Shown: piece by piece, positions 7,822 to 16,753 of the stretch
How the letters are laid out: each line of letters begins with the position of its first letter
Numbering within the stretch: position 1 is the first letter of the stretch
Made by a program: the position numbers and the translations under genes
Notes under the pieces: model-generated
What the model saw: the letters and a program-made list of their open reading frames with translations, nothing else
What the model was told of the DNA's origin: nothing
The model's database searches: none
Assembly (NCBI GenBank): GCA_964650675.1
Contig: CAZYUK010000001.1
Location: 1-34,394 of the forward strand
From: an uncultured Candidatus Bathyarchaeia archaeon
GTDB taxonomy: Archaea > Thermoproteota > Bathyarchaeia > TCS64
Length of the DNA: 34,394 nucleotides
Direction of reading: 5' to 3'

Positions 7822-9516
7822 ATGGTTGAGATGTCAGGGGCGGGTGCCCTCTGGACGGCTCTGAAGAAGGAGGGGGTCAGCCACGTCTTCGGGCTGCCCG
7901 GGGGCTCGGTGATCCCCCTGTGCGACGAGCTCCTGGGATTCGACCTCCGGTTCATCCTCGCCCGCCACGAGCAGGGCGCCGCCCACATGGCCGACGGCTA
8001 CGCGAGGGCGAGCGGCCGAGTAGGCGTCTGCCTCGCCACATCGGGGCCCGGCGCGACGAACCTGGTGACCGGGATCGCGACGGCGAACATGGACTCCTCC
8101 GCGGTAGTCGCCTTCACCGGGCAGGTGAATAGGGCCGTGATCGGCTCGGACGCCTTCCAGGAGGTGGACATAATCGGCTGCTCGGCTTCGGTCACGAAGT
8201 ACAATATGCAGGTGAGGAGGGCGTGTGAGATCCCCGCGGCGGTGAAGGCGGCCTTCCATATCGCGTCAACGGGCCGCAGGGGTGCCGTCCTCGTCGACCT
8301 GCCGAAGGACGTCACGATAGATGTCGAGGAGATGGTTTTCCCAGAGACCGTGCATTTCCGTGGCTACAAGGTGGAGCCAGCACCCGACCAGAGGGAGCTC
8401 GACGTAGCTGCGGCGCTGCTCGCGAAGGCGCAGAGGCCTGTGATCGTGGCCGGCGGAGGCGTCATCAACGCGGGCGCCTCGAGGCAGCTCGTCGCGCTGT
8501 CAGAGTACCTCATGGCGCCGACGGCGACCACCCTAATGGGTAAGGGAGCCTTCCCCGCCGATCACCCTCTCAGCCTAGGCATGTGCGGCATGCACGGCAC
8601 CGTGGCCGCCAACAACCTCGTACCCGAGGCGGATGTCCTTCTGATAGTCGGAGCCAGGCTCAGCGACAGGACCACCGGCGCCGTTAAGAGCTTCGCGCCG
8701 AACGCCAAGGTGATCCACGTCGACATCGATAAGACCGAGGTGGATAAGAACGTCGAGACGAGGATGAGGGTCGTCGGCGACGCCGGCCTCGCCCTCAGCG
8801 GGCTGCTGGAGCGGGTCGGGAAGCTGAGGTCCAAGGCGGGCAAGGACTCCATCTGGCATAGGAAATTGGCGGAGCTGCGTTGCGCCTCGAACGGGAAGAA
8901 CGGGAACGGTGCAAAGGAGGGCTACCTCAGGGCGCCTGATGTCATCAAAGCGCTCAGAAAGGTTCTGCCGAGGAACGCGATAGTCACCACGGAGGTGGGG
9001 CAGAACCAGATGTGGGCCGCCCTCCACTACGACGCCTATGAACCAAGAACCTTCTTCACGAGCGGCGGCCTGGGCACGATGGGCTGGGGCTTCCCCGCGG
9101 CGATAGGAGCCAAGACGGCCCGACCGGATGTGCCCGTCGTCGACATCGCAGGGGACGGGAGCTTCGGCATGACCGAGAACAGCATGGCGACGAGCGTCGA
9201 GGAGGAGATACCCGTCGTCGTCGTTGTGCTTAACAACCAGATGCTCGGCATGGTGGCGCAGTGGCAGCGTCTCTTCTACGACCACAGGTACTCCGCGGTG
9301 AATCTGAGGGGGAACCCAGACTTCATCAAGCTCGCTGAGGCGTACGGCGCGGAAGGCGTGAGGGTGGAGACCCTAGAGGGGTTCGAGGCCGCGGTCAGGA
9401 GGGCCATCGTCAGCGAGGTCTCCACGGTCATAGACGTCCCCATAGACCCGGAGGAGAACGTTTACCCCATCGTACCACCGGGGATGGGGCTCAAGGATGC
9501 GCTGCTGGAGGTGTGA
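7822..9516 (+). CDS. ilvB: acetolactate synthase (AHAS) large subunit, copy 1
   Basis: ThDP-enzyme motifs: HEQGAAHMADGYARASGRVGVCLATSGPGATNLVTG, LGMCGMHG, and the ThDP-binding GDGSFGMTENSMATSVEEEIPVVVVVLNN. Followed by the small subunit. ATG 7831 is an alternative start. Confidence 0.92.
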   Translation: MVEMSGAGALWTALKKEGVSHVFGLPGGSVIPLCDELLGFDLRFILARHEQGAAHMADGYARASGRVGVCLATSGPGATNLVTGIATANMDSSAVVAFTGQVNRAVIGSDAFQEVDIIGCSASVTKYNMQVRRACEIPAAVKAAFHIASTGRRGAVLVDLPKDVTIDVEEMVFPETVHFRGYKVEPAPDQRELDVAAALLAKAQRPVIVAGGGVINAGASRQLVALSEYLMAPTATTLMGKGAFPADHPLSLGMCGMHGTVAANNLVPEADVLLIVGARLSDRTTGAVKSFAPNAKVIHVDIDKTEVDKNVETRMRVVGDAGLALSGLLERVGKLRSKAGKDSIWHRKLAELRCASNGKNGNGAKEGYLRAPDVIKALRKVLPRNAIVTTEVGQNQMWAALHYDAYEPRTFFTSGGLGTMGWGFPAAIGAKTARPDVPVVDIAGDGSFGMTENSMATSVEEEIPVVVVVLNNQMLGMVAQWQRLFYDHRYSAVNLRGNPDFIKLAEAYGAEGVRVETLEGFEAAVRRAIVSEVSTVIDVPIDPEENVYPIVPPGMGLKDALLEV

Positions 9517-9519
9517 GGA

Positions 9520-10029
9520 ATGAGCGAGCTACACACGATAGCGTTCATAGTCGAGAACAAGCCCGGAGTCCTCTTCAACATCTCAAACATGTTCAGGAAG
9601 AAGAACTTCAACATCCACAGCATCAGCGTGGGCGCAATCCCGAACGCGGAGGTCGTCAGGATAACGATAGTGGTCCAAGCCGACGCCCGCGGCGTCTACC
9701 AGGTGGTTGAGCAGCTCGACAAGATGGTGGACGTCGTCGAGGTGAAGCGCCTTGACCCGATGAGGATCGTGAGGAGGGAGCTCGCTCTCGTGAAGCTCAC
9801 CACGGCGGACCCGTGGGCGAGGGAGGAGGCCCTCACCTGCGTCAACGACTACCACGGCCTCATCCTGAACATAGACCCGGACACCCTGATAGCTGAGGTG
9901 ACCGGGGACTCGGACGAGATAGACGCCTTCCTCGAGAAGGTGAAGCCGATAGGCATCATCGAGTTCTCGAGGACGGGCATCACTGCCCTGGAGAAGGGGC
10001 GGCTCAGGCTAGAGAGAGGTGAAACATGA
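9520..10029 (+). CDS. ilvN: acetolactate synthase small (regulatory) subunit, copy 1
   Basis: ACT-domain N-terminus [34 protein letters not shown]. At 169 aa it is a long-form small subunit. Confidence 0.9.
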   Translation: MSELHTIAFIVENKPGVLFNISNMFRKKNFNIHSISVGAIPNAEVVRITIVVQADARGVYQVVEQLDKMVDVVEVKRLDPMRIVRRELALVKLTTADPWAREEALTCVNDYHGLILNIDPDTLIAEVTGDSDEIDAFLEKVKPIGIIEFSRTGITALEKGRLRLERGET

Positions 10030-11015
10030 TGGTGAAGGTGTACCACGACGAGGACATAGACGAGAAGGTCCTCAGAGGAAAGAAGGTTGCCGTCATAGGA
10101 TACGGCAGCCAGGGAAGGGCTCAGGCCCTAAACATGTACGACTCGGGTGTCGACGTCGTCGTCGGCCTCAGACCGGGCAGATCATGGGAGAAGGCGGAGG
10201 CGGACGGCCTCAAAGTGATGACCGTCATCGACGCCGCGCGGGCGGCGGACATCGTGTTGATGCTCGTCCCGGACATGGCGCAGCCCGTCGTCTATGGCGA
10301 GGAGGTGGCGCTGGCCCTCAGGAAGGGAAAGACCCTGCAGTTCGCCCATGGCTTCAACATCCACTTCGACGTGATCAAACCGCCGAAGGATGTCGATGTC
10401 ATCATGGTGGCGCCGAAGAGCCCGGGCCCGGAGATGCGCCGCCAGTACGAGGCGGGCTTCGGCGTACCTGCCCTCGTCGCCGTCCAGCAGGACGCCTCCG
10501 GGAAGGCGCTGAAGACCGCCCTTGCCATCGCGAAGGCCCTGGGATCTGGGCGAGCCGGCGTCATCGAGACCAGTTTCAAGAACGAGACGGAGAGCGACCT
10601 CTTCGGGGAGCAGGCCGTCCTATGCGGGGGCGTTGACCAGCTCATCAGGAGGGGCTTCAGGGTCCTCACGGAGGCGGGGTATCCGCCTGAGCTCGCCTAC
10701 TTCGAAGTCTGCAACGAGCTGAAGCTCATCGTCGACCTCATCTACAAGTCGGGTCTCGGCGGGATGTACAGGGCGGTCTCAGACACGGCGAAGTATGGTG
10801 GCATGATAGTTGGGCCGAAGATCGTCGACGACCGCGTCGAGGAGAACATGAGGAGGGCGCTGAAGGAGGTCCAGAGCGGCGAGTTCGCCAAGCAGTGGAT
10901 CGCGGAATACGCGGCCGGCTCAAAGGAGTTCAGGCGCCTCATGGACGAGTGCGACGCCCTCGAGATCGAGAGGGTCGGCAAGCAGGTCCGGAGGATGTCT
11001 GGGCTCGAAAAATAG
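10026..11015 (+). CDS. ilvC: ketol-acid reductoisomerase
   Basis: Rossmann motif [31 protein letters not shown], then FAHGFNIHF and [16 protein letters not shown]. Start overlaps the ilvN stop (ATGA). Confidence 0.93.
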   Translation: MMVKVYHDEDIDEKVLRGKKVAVIGYGSQGRAQALNMYDSGVDVVVGLRPGRSWEKAEADGLKVMTVIDAARAADIVLMLVPDMAQPVVYGEEVALALRKGKTLQFAHGFNIHFDVIKPPKDVDVIMVAPKSPGPEMRRQYEAGFGVPALVAVQQDASGKALKTALAIAKALGSGRAGVIETSFKNETESDLFGEQAVLCGGVDQLIRRGFRVLTEAGYPPELAYFEVCNELKLIVDLIYKSGLGGMYRAVSDTAKYGGMIVGPKIVDDRVEENMRRALKEVQSGEFAKQWIAEYAAGSKEFRRLMDECDALEIERVGKQVRRMSGLEK

Positions 11016-11052
11016 CCCTCATCCGGCCGACCACTTATCAGGCTCGCCTCAC

Positions 11053-11064
11053 AAACCTTTTTAT
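11053..11064 (+). promoter_or_regulatory. BRE/TATA-like box AAACCTTTTTAT for ilvB copy 2 operon
   Basis: Paralogous to 7585-7596 and 59 nt upstream of the conserved leader module. The T5 run could also serve as an ilvC terminator. Confidence 0.4.
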
Positions 11065-11101
11065 GCGGAGTCACGGTGGTTTAGGTTACAGCCATTTAGG
11101 A

Positions 11102-11180
11102 AGGATGGATAATGGGGTATTGCTTTGTCGAGCCCCCTAGAAAGGGGGAGAGATGAATGGGGAATCGTATTCTCAGCTGA
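11102..11180 (+). promoter_or_regulatory. conserved ilvB leader module, copy 2 (mini-ORFs 11112-11156 and 11157-11180; hairpin CCCCC 11133-11137 / GGGGG 11144-11148)
   Basis: AGGATGGATAATGGGGTATTGCTTTGTCGAGCCCCCTAGAAAGGGGGAGAGATGAATGGGGAATCGTATTCTCAGCTGA aligns with 7632-7711. Confidence 0.6.
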
Positions 11181-11249
11181 CAGATTCCCGCAAGTGACCA
11201 AGGTCTCCGGATCATCCGGATTCGACGTTGATGTGCTCTGCGATGGGGG

Positions 11250-12944
11250 GTGGTTTCCATGCCTGAGATGACCGGCGCAGAGGCCTACGTGAAGGCCCTT
11301 GAGATAGAGGGCGTCGAGTACATCTTCGGCGTCACGGGGGCGGCCATAATGCCAATCTGCGACGAGCTCCTCAAGTCGAACATCCGGTATGTCGGGGGCG
11401 CACACGAGCAGGGATCCGCTCACATGGCGGACGGCTACGCCAGGGCGTCTGGGAGGGTCGGCGTCGTCCAGGCGACGAGCGGCCCGGGCGCCACAAACAT
11501 CGTCACCGGGATGGCAACGGCTCAGCTAGACTCCTCACCCGTCGTCGCCTTCACGGGACAGGTGCCAAAGGGCATGGTTGGCACGGACGCCTTCCAGGAG
11601 GTCGACATCATCGGAGTCACCGCCTCCGTGACCAAGCACAATATACAGGTGATGGAGGCGGCTGAGGTGCCACACGCCGTGAAGGCGGCGTTCTACATCG
11701 CCTCGACGGGGAGGAGGGGCGCCGTGCTCGTAGACCTGCCGAAGGACGTTCAGACCGACAAGGCCGAGATGGTCTTCCCCGAGAAGGTAGAGTTCCGCGG
11801 CTACCACCCGAACATCGAGCCGAGCCCGAACGAGATCCACTGGGCCGCTACGCTGCTCGCCAAGGCGAGGAGGCCAGTGATCATAGCGGGCGGCGGGGTC
11901 ATAGCCTCCGGGGCGTCGCAGGAGCTGGTGAGCCTCGCCGAGATGATCCAGGCGCCCGTCGCGCATAGCCTCATGGGGAAGGGCTCCATGCCGAGCGACC
12001 ATCCCCTAAGCCTCGGCCTCTGCGGCATGCATGGCAGGTACGAGGCGAATAAGATCGTGCCAGAGGCGGACGTTTTGCTCATTGTGGGCGCAAGGCTCAG
12101 CGACAGAACTACCGGATCCATCGACGGCTTCGCCCCAAACGCCAGGATAATCCACATCGACTTGGACAGAAGCGAGATAGACAAGAACGTCGATTCCATA
12201 ACCCGCGTCGTGGGAGACGCCAAGCTCGCCCTTCGCGGGATAATGGAGAAGATCGCTCTCCAGAAGATCAATGGCAATAGGGATGAGACGATCATCAAAA
12301 AGATCGAGGAGTTCCGAGCTCAAACATCTGAGCTGAGGTCGGATTCGCCTCTACCCGGCCCAGAGGTGATTAGGGCGATAAGGAGGGCGATGCCCAGGGA
12401 TAGCATAGCAGTCACAGACGTAGGCCAGCACCAGATGTGGGCAGCTCAGCACTACGACGTCTACGGGCCAGGAACATTCTTCACATCCGGCGGACTTGGC
12501 ACGATGGGGTGGGGGACGCCGGCCGCCATAGGCGCCAAAGCCGCGAGGGGAGACCTGCCTGTGCTAAACATATCCGGCGACGGCAGCTTCGCCATGACAG
12601 AGAACAACCTCGCCATAGCTGTAGACGAAGGCTTCCCGATCACTATCGTCATCTTGAACAACCATATGCTCGGGATGGTTGCCCAGTGGCAGCGCCTCTT
12701 CTACGATCACAGGTACTCCGCCGTCAACAGACCGATCTACCCGGACTTCGCCAAGTTAGCAGAGTCCTACGGCGCTGAAGGCGTCTACGTAGACTCGATC
12801 CAGGGACTCGAGGCGGCGCTCAGAAGGGCAGTGGGAAGCGACTACACCACAGTCATAGACGTCCCCATAGACCCTGAGGAGAACGTGTACCCAATGGTCC
12901 CGCCCGGCATGGGGCTCAAGGACATCCTGCTCGGAGATGACTGA
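11250..12944 (+). CDS. ilvB: acetolactate synthase (AHAS) large subunit, copy 2
   Basis: Colinear with copy 1 across the full length, with the same ThDP motifs and a near-identical C-terminus VIDVPIDPEENVYPMVPPGMGLKD. The start is GTG 11250; ATG 11259, preceded by GGTGG, is equally plausible. Confidence 0.9.
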   Translation: MVSMPEMTGAEAYVKALEIEGVEYIFGVTGAAIMPICDELLKSNIRYVGGAHEQGSAHMADGYARASGRVGVVQATSGPGATNIVTGMATAQLDSSPVVAFTGQVPKGMVGTDAFQEVDIIGVTASVTKHNIQVMEAAEVPHAVKAAFYIASTGRRGAVLVDLPKDVQTDKAEMVFPEKVEFRGYHPNIEPSPNEIHWAATLLAKARRPVIIAGGGVIASGASQELVSLAEMIQAPVAHSLMGKGSMPSDHPLSLGLCGMHGRYEANKIVPEADVLLIVGARLSDRTTGSIDGFAPNARIIHIDLDRSEIDKNVDSITRVVGDAKLALRGIMEKIALQKINGNRDETIIKKIEEFRAQTSELRSDSPLPGPEVIRAIRRAMPRDSIAVTDVGQHQMWAAQHYDVYGPGTFFTSGGLGTMGWGTPAAIGAKAARGDLPVLNISGDGSFAMTENNLAIAVDEGFPITIVILNNHMLGMVAQWQRLFYDHRYSAVNRPIYPDFAKLAESYGAEGVYVDSIQGLEAALRRAVGSDYTTVIDVPIDPEENVYPMVPPGMGLKDILLGDD

Positions 12945-13440
12945 GATGACGCTTCAGGTGGTATCCTTCCTCGTAGAGAACAAGCCGGGCGTCCTCTTCA
13001 AGGTCTCCAACCTCTTCAGGCGCCGCGGCTACAACATCCAGGGGATAACCGTGGGCACGATAGAGGGTACAGGCCTCAGCCGCATGACGGTCACGGTCGA
13101 GGCGGACAGCCGCGTCCTCAACCAGATACTTGAGCAGCTCGACAAGATGGTGGAGGTTGTAAAGGTCAAGAGGCTCGATCCCATCCGCGCCGTGAGCAGG
13201 GAGCTCCTCCTCGTGAAGCTGAGGACGGCGGACCCCATGGCGAGGCAGGAGGTCCTTGGCTACATCAACGCCTACCACGGCCTCATCCTCGATGTCGAGC
13301 CGGACATTCTGATAGCCGAGGTTACGGGGGCACCTGAGGAGATAGATGAGTTTCTCAGGGACATCAGGCCCATAGGCGTCGAGGAGATGAGCCGCACAGG
13401 CGCTACCGCCCTCGAGAGAGGAACGATGAAACTCGCCTGA
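12937..13440 (+). CDS. ilvN: acetolactate synthase small (regulatory) subunit, copy 2
   Basis: [33 protein letters not shown] is colinear with copy 1. Alternative start ATG 12946. Confidence 0.88.
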   Translation: MTEMTLQVVSFLVENKPGVLFKVSNLFRRRGYNIQGITVGTIEGTGLSRMTVTVEADSRVLNQILEQLDKMVEVVKVKRLDPIRAVSRELLLVKLRTADPMARQEVLGYINAYHGLILDVEPDILIAEVTGAPEEIDEFLRDIRPIGVEEMSRTGATALERGTMKLA

Positions 13441-13521
13441 CCCCCACAATACCGATTTGATCTGGCGAGAAAGGACTCAGGTAGACCGTGGCGAACATGA
13501 ACAACTTGAAACAAATGATTG

Positions 13522-13527
13522 AAAAAA
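13522..13527 (-). terminator. T6 tract downstream of tfb
   Basis: A6 on the plus strand equals TTTTTT on the minus strand, 20 nt past the tfb stop. Oligo-T is the usual archaeal termination signal. Confidence 0.3.
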
Positions 13528-13546
13528 TCGATTCGTCGTTTCCAGG

Positions 13547-14452
13547 CTACCTTCCGAGGTCAACACCTAAGCTGCGTACCCGATTCCTGAGGGTGACCTC
13601 CGAGGTCCCAGCCGCGTGGGCCACGTCCTTCTGCGTCCTCTTCTCCTTGTTCTCGAAGCAGGCTAGATACAGCGCGGCGGCGGCTACGCCCCCAGGATAT
13701 TTCCCGGCCAGCCCCTTGTGCTTCCTCGCCGACACGAGGATATCGACCGCACGCTGCTCGGTTCTCCTCGCGACGCCCAGCTTGGATGCTATGTTGGTGA
13801 TGAACTTCGCCGAGTCATCTACGGGCATCCTGAGGTCGAGCTCCTTCACGAGGATCCTGTATACCCTGGCCACCTCGAGGTATTTCCTCGTGCTTACCTT
13901 GGCTATGTTCCTCAGGGAGCGGGGAATCCCGTTCAGGCGGCAGACGGCGTATATGCTCGCGGCGACGAAGGCCTCTATGGACCTGCCCCTGATCAGGTCC
14001 TTGTCAAGGGCCTTACGGTAGATCTGGGCCGCCTGCGACTTGGCCGTCTCTGAGAGATGGATCAGCGTCGCCACCCTATCCACCTCCGGCATGGCGATAC
14101 TTAGATTCCGAGCCTGGGTGTCGTTGATCTTTGACTTGTGATCGTATCTCCTGAGCCTGTTCATCTTGCCCAGGGTTGCCACATCGAGGGGCTTGCCGGC
14201 ACCGTCCTTCAGGCCCCTGAAGTTCGTCGAAAGTCCCCTGTCAAACAACATGGGGGTTATCTGCGCGCCCGTCCTTGCCCTGTCGTTCCTCTCGGTCAGT
14301 GTGAAGGCCCTCCACTCCGGACCTGTGTCAAGCACGCCTTCGGAGACGACGAAGCCGCATTCGGCGCAGACCTCCTCGCCTGCCTCTGGATCATTAATCA
14401 GATTCGTCCCACCGCAGTTGGAGCAGACCAATGTCCCAACTCCACGATCCAA
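13547..14452 (-). CDS. tfb: transcription initiation factor IIB (TFB)
   Basis: N-terminal zinc ribbon CSNCGG...CAECG, B-reader/linker region PEWRAF...ERNDRARTG, and two cyclin-like repeats. Confidence 0.93.
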   Translation of the reverse strand: MDRGVGTLVCSNCGGTNLINDPEAGEEVCAECGFVVSEGVLDTGPEWRAFTLTERNDRARTGAQITPMLFDRGLSTNFRGLKDGAGKPLDVATLGKMNRLRRYDHKSKINDTQARNLSIAMPEVDRVATLIHLSETAKSQAAQIYRKALDKDLIRGRSIEAFVAASIYAVCRLNGIPRSLRNIAKVSTRKYLEVARVYRILVKELDLRMPVDDSAKFITNIASKLGVARRTEQRAVDILVSARKHKGLAGKYPGGVAAAALYLACFENKEKRTQKDVAHAAGTSEVTLRNRVRSLGVDLGR

Positions 14453-14469
14453 TTTTTTTCACTCCTCTA

Positions 14470-14748
14470 CTATTGCCACCGATTGCCATTCGGGAGCATC
14501 TGGGGCTCAAATGATGAAGATCCATCCTCTCCCCTCTTCGCCGATTTCACAGACCCCGGCTTCATGGTTACGAATATAGAGCCGCCGCGGTCGAGGTGAA
14601 GGAAGAACTCCTCGAAGTCGATGCCACGGGTCTCCCTCACCTCCACATCATCCTCATCCTCTCCTAGGTAATAGACGACAAGCTGGGTGTCTTGCCAGAT
14701 TACTGTAGGCCACATCCGATCCTTAGCCTTAATGATGAGCCTCCTCAT
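14470..14748 (-). CDS. hypothetical protein (92 aa) immediately upstream of tfb
   Basis: ORF 14470..14766(-). I prefer ATG 14748 over TTG 14766. Codon usage looks coding, and it ends 17 nt before the tfb start. No motif recognised. Confidence 0.4.
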   Translation of the reverse strand: MRRLIIKAKDRMWPTVIWQDTQLVVYYLGEDEDDVEVRETRGIDFEEFFLHLDRGGSIFVTMKPGSVKSAKRGEDGSSSFEPQMLPNGNRWQ

Positions 14749-14959
14749 GTTCCCGCACCATATCAAGAGTTTGTCACCTTGACCTCAAAATGATGAGTAT
14801 GTAACAAATGTTCGAGCAGATGATATGTAACGTATTGACGTGCAATTCATAAGATCGCCGATCACGGCCTCTAATCGGGTGAAAAAGCAGCAGAGATTAT
14901 GCTTGATACCAAATTTCAATAGGTATTTATACATCAACTTTGAGATAATATTGAACAGT

Positions 14960-15591
14960 ATGCTTCTCGAAGAGGAACTTAGGACATTTTTCGATGGGAT
15001 GAAACCGTCAGACCATGCACTGCTGTTTTATGATTCTCAGGAAAGCAAGCATAGAATCCTATACAATTATCTCAAGGATGGCTTGGAGAAGGGGAAGGGC
15101 ATTGTGTATGTCTGCTCGGAGGAGAAGCCGGGGCAGATCCGAAGGGGCCTCAGAGGCTTCGGCATAGATGTAGAGCCTAACGAGCGGTCCGGGAACCTCA
15201 TCATCAAGAATTTCGACGAGTGGTACATAGAGGACGGCAGGGTCGAGATACTGAAGATCATCAACCATGGAACGAGGCGTACTACAGGTTCAATGAGAAG
15301 GGGTTGGGGATGCGTGTAGCCGGCGAGACTTCCTGCTTCTTCCGGCAGAACAAGGTCAGGGAACTGCTGAGGTACGAGTACGCCCTCCACAGGGTAGTCT
15401 CCACCCCGATAGAGGTGCTCTGCGCCTATGACATACAGACCATCATCAAGACAGGCTACACGGACATGATCATGCCCCTAGTCAGGGCCCATGGCAAGGC
15501 GATCTTCACATCCCGAGAGGGCAGTGTCGTCATCGAGCCAGAGTCCGTCGAGGATACGGATGTGGAGAAGCTGTTGGAGATCGAGATCTAA
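14960..15591 (+). pseudogene. MEDS-domain (DcmR-like sensory domain) protein, interrupted by a 1-nt frameshift
   Basis: Two overlapping ORFs (14840..15319 and 15220..15591). Together they give one colinear MEDS-like sequence: HALLFYDSQESKHRILYNYLKDGLEKGKGIVYV...IINH | WNEAYYRFNEKGLGMRVAGE...VLCAYD. The frames join if one base is added at CATGG (about 15268). The real start is likely ATG 14960, with TTTATA about 30 nt upstream. Confidence 0.6.
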
Positions 15592-15666
15592 CCAGATTTA
15601 TTTTAGATATTTGGCGCCATCCTACTCATTTATTAGTCTTCACCCACATCCACTTCCTGATCCCTG

Positions 15667-16704
15667 ATGTGCCAACTGGTCGGCTATGTAGGTGACAGGC
15701 CGATTGCCCCGCTGATCCTGAAGGCCCTCGAGCTGCAGGAGCCCTACTTCGGAGCCCACGCCACGGGCATCGGCGTCGTAGACGATGGGAAGCTTCGCGT
15801 CATCAAGGGGAGCGGCCACGTGGCAAAGGTCAAGAGGACGACTAGGATATCCGATTTGAAGGGGACGACCGGGATAGGCCACAGCAGGTACAGCAGCCTC
15901 GCCAGGGAGGACCCACGCTTCGACACGGCCGCCATGGCCCACCCGTTCACCAACGACGAAGAGACCATCGCTCTGATGCACAACGGCAACATCACCAACT
16001 TCAAGGAGCACTGGGCCAGGCTGAGGGGAAGCCACAAGTTCAAGTCCTACAACCCGGACATCGATTGGATCACGGACAGCGAGGTCGCGGTCCACATGGT
16101 GAGCGAAGCCGTCGCCGTGGGTGAAGGCTTCGAGGAGGCTCTCAAGGATGTCATGCCAAGGTGTGCAGGAAACGTTCTCTTATGCGTCGTTAGCCAGGAG
16201 GAGCCCGAGACCATCTACCTCGCCAACAGGCATCAGCCATGCTACGTCGGCTTGGGTGAGGACGAGGTTATGTGGTGCAGCTCTAGGATCGGCCTCGAGC
16301 CTCTCGAGGGGGAGCTGAATAGGATTTACCAGTCGCCGAAGAACAGCCTCATGAAGCTCACGAGGGGGAAGGTAAAGACGATGGTCCTCGACCCCGACTG
16401 GAAGGTGCCTGAGTTGAAGCTGGACAAGGAATTCCTCAAGGAGGCGATCGTGAACATCCTCTCCTACGGCGACTCGGACTTCGCGGACCTCAAGGACGCC
16501 CTCAATCATAACCTCCTCGCGAGGGCTTACAGCAAGAGTCAGGACGAATGGGCTGAGATGAGGAGGAACGGCGTCGACATCGTCAACCCATACATAGAGA
16601 CGCTGAACGAACTCATCGAGGAGGGGAGGATCAGGCAGAGGATAGACCCGAGGCTTGAGGGGGGCACACTGAACACGCCGAGGTTCGCCTATTCTCTCGC
16701 GTGA
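15667..16704 (+). CDS. class-II (Ntn) glutamine amidotransferase domain protein, GlmS-N-like, with an uncharacterised C-terminal region
   Basis: Starts MCQLVGYVGDRP, giving the Cys nucleophile after Met removal. GIGHSRYSS, LMHNGNITNF and TDSEVAVHMV parallel the GlmS/PurF glutaminase domain. No SIS or PRTase domain follows. Confidence 0.7.
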   Translation: MCQLVGYVGDRPIAPLILKALELQEPYFGAHATGIGVVDDGKLRVIKGSGHVAKVKRTTRISDLKGTTGIGHSRYSSLAREDPRFDTAAMAHPFTNDEETIALMHNGNITNFKEHWARLRGSHKFKSYNPDIDWITDSEVAVHMVSEAVAVGEGFEEALKDVMPRCAGNVLLCVVSQEEPETIYLANRHQPCYVGLGEDEVMWCSSRIGLEPLEGELNRIYQSPKNSLMKLTRGKVKTMVLDPDWKVPELKLDKEFLKEAIVNILSYGDSDFADLKDALNHNLLARAYSKSQDEWAEMRRNGVDIVNPYIETLNELIEEGRIRQRIDPRLEGGTLNTPRFAYSLA

Positions 16705-16753
16705 TCTCCCAGCCCAGCTTCTTCAGATTCAAGGCCTGCAATTCAACTATCTG

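Noticed and set aside
8575-9285. 236-aa antisense ORF inside ilvB copy 1; similar ones occur at 7834..8259 and 11535..12002
   Set aside because: It overlaps a strongly supported ThDP-enzyme gene, is His/Arg/Pro/Gly-rich, and has no motif.
10019-10636. 205-aa alternative-frame ORF inside ilvC
   Set aside because: Same strand but shifted frame of a canonical KARI gene. The Arg/Gly-rich translation is a high-GC artefact.
14138-14599. 153-aa and 137-aa plus-strand ORFs
   Set aside because: They are antisense to tfb and to the upstream 92-aa ORF, with no motif.
14470-14748. Gar1 (H/ACA RNP protein), which I considered as a possible tfb neighbour
   Set aside because: The sequence lacks the Gar1 beta-barrel pattern (…G.V.dvFGPv..PY…). 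It is left as hypothetical.
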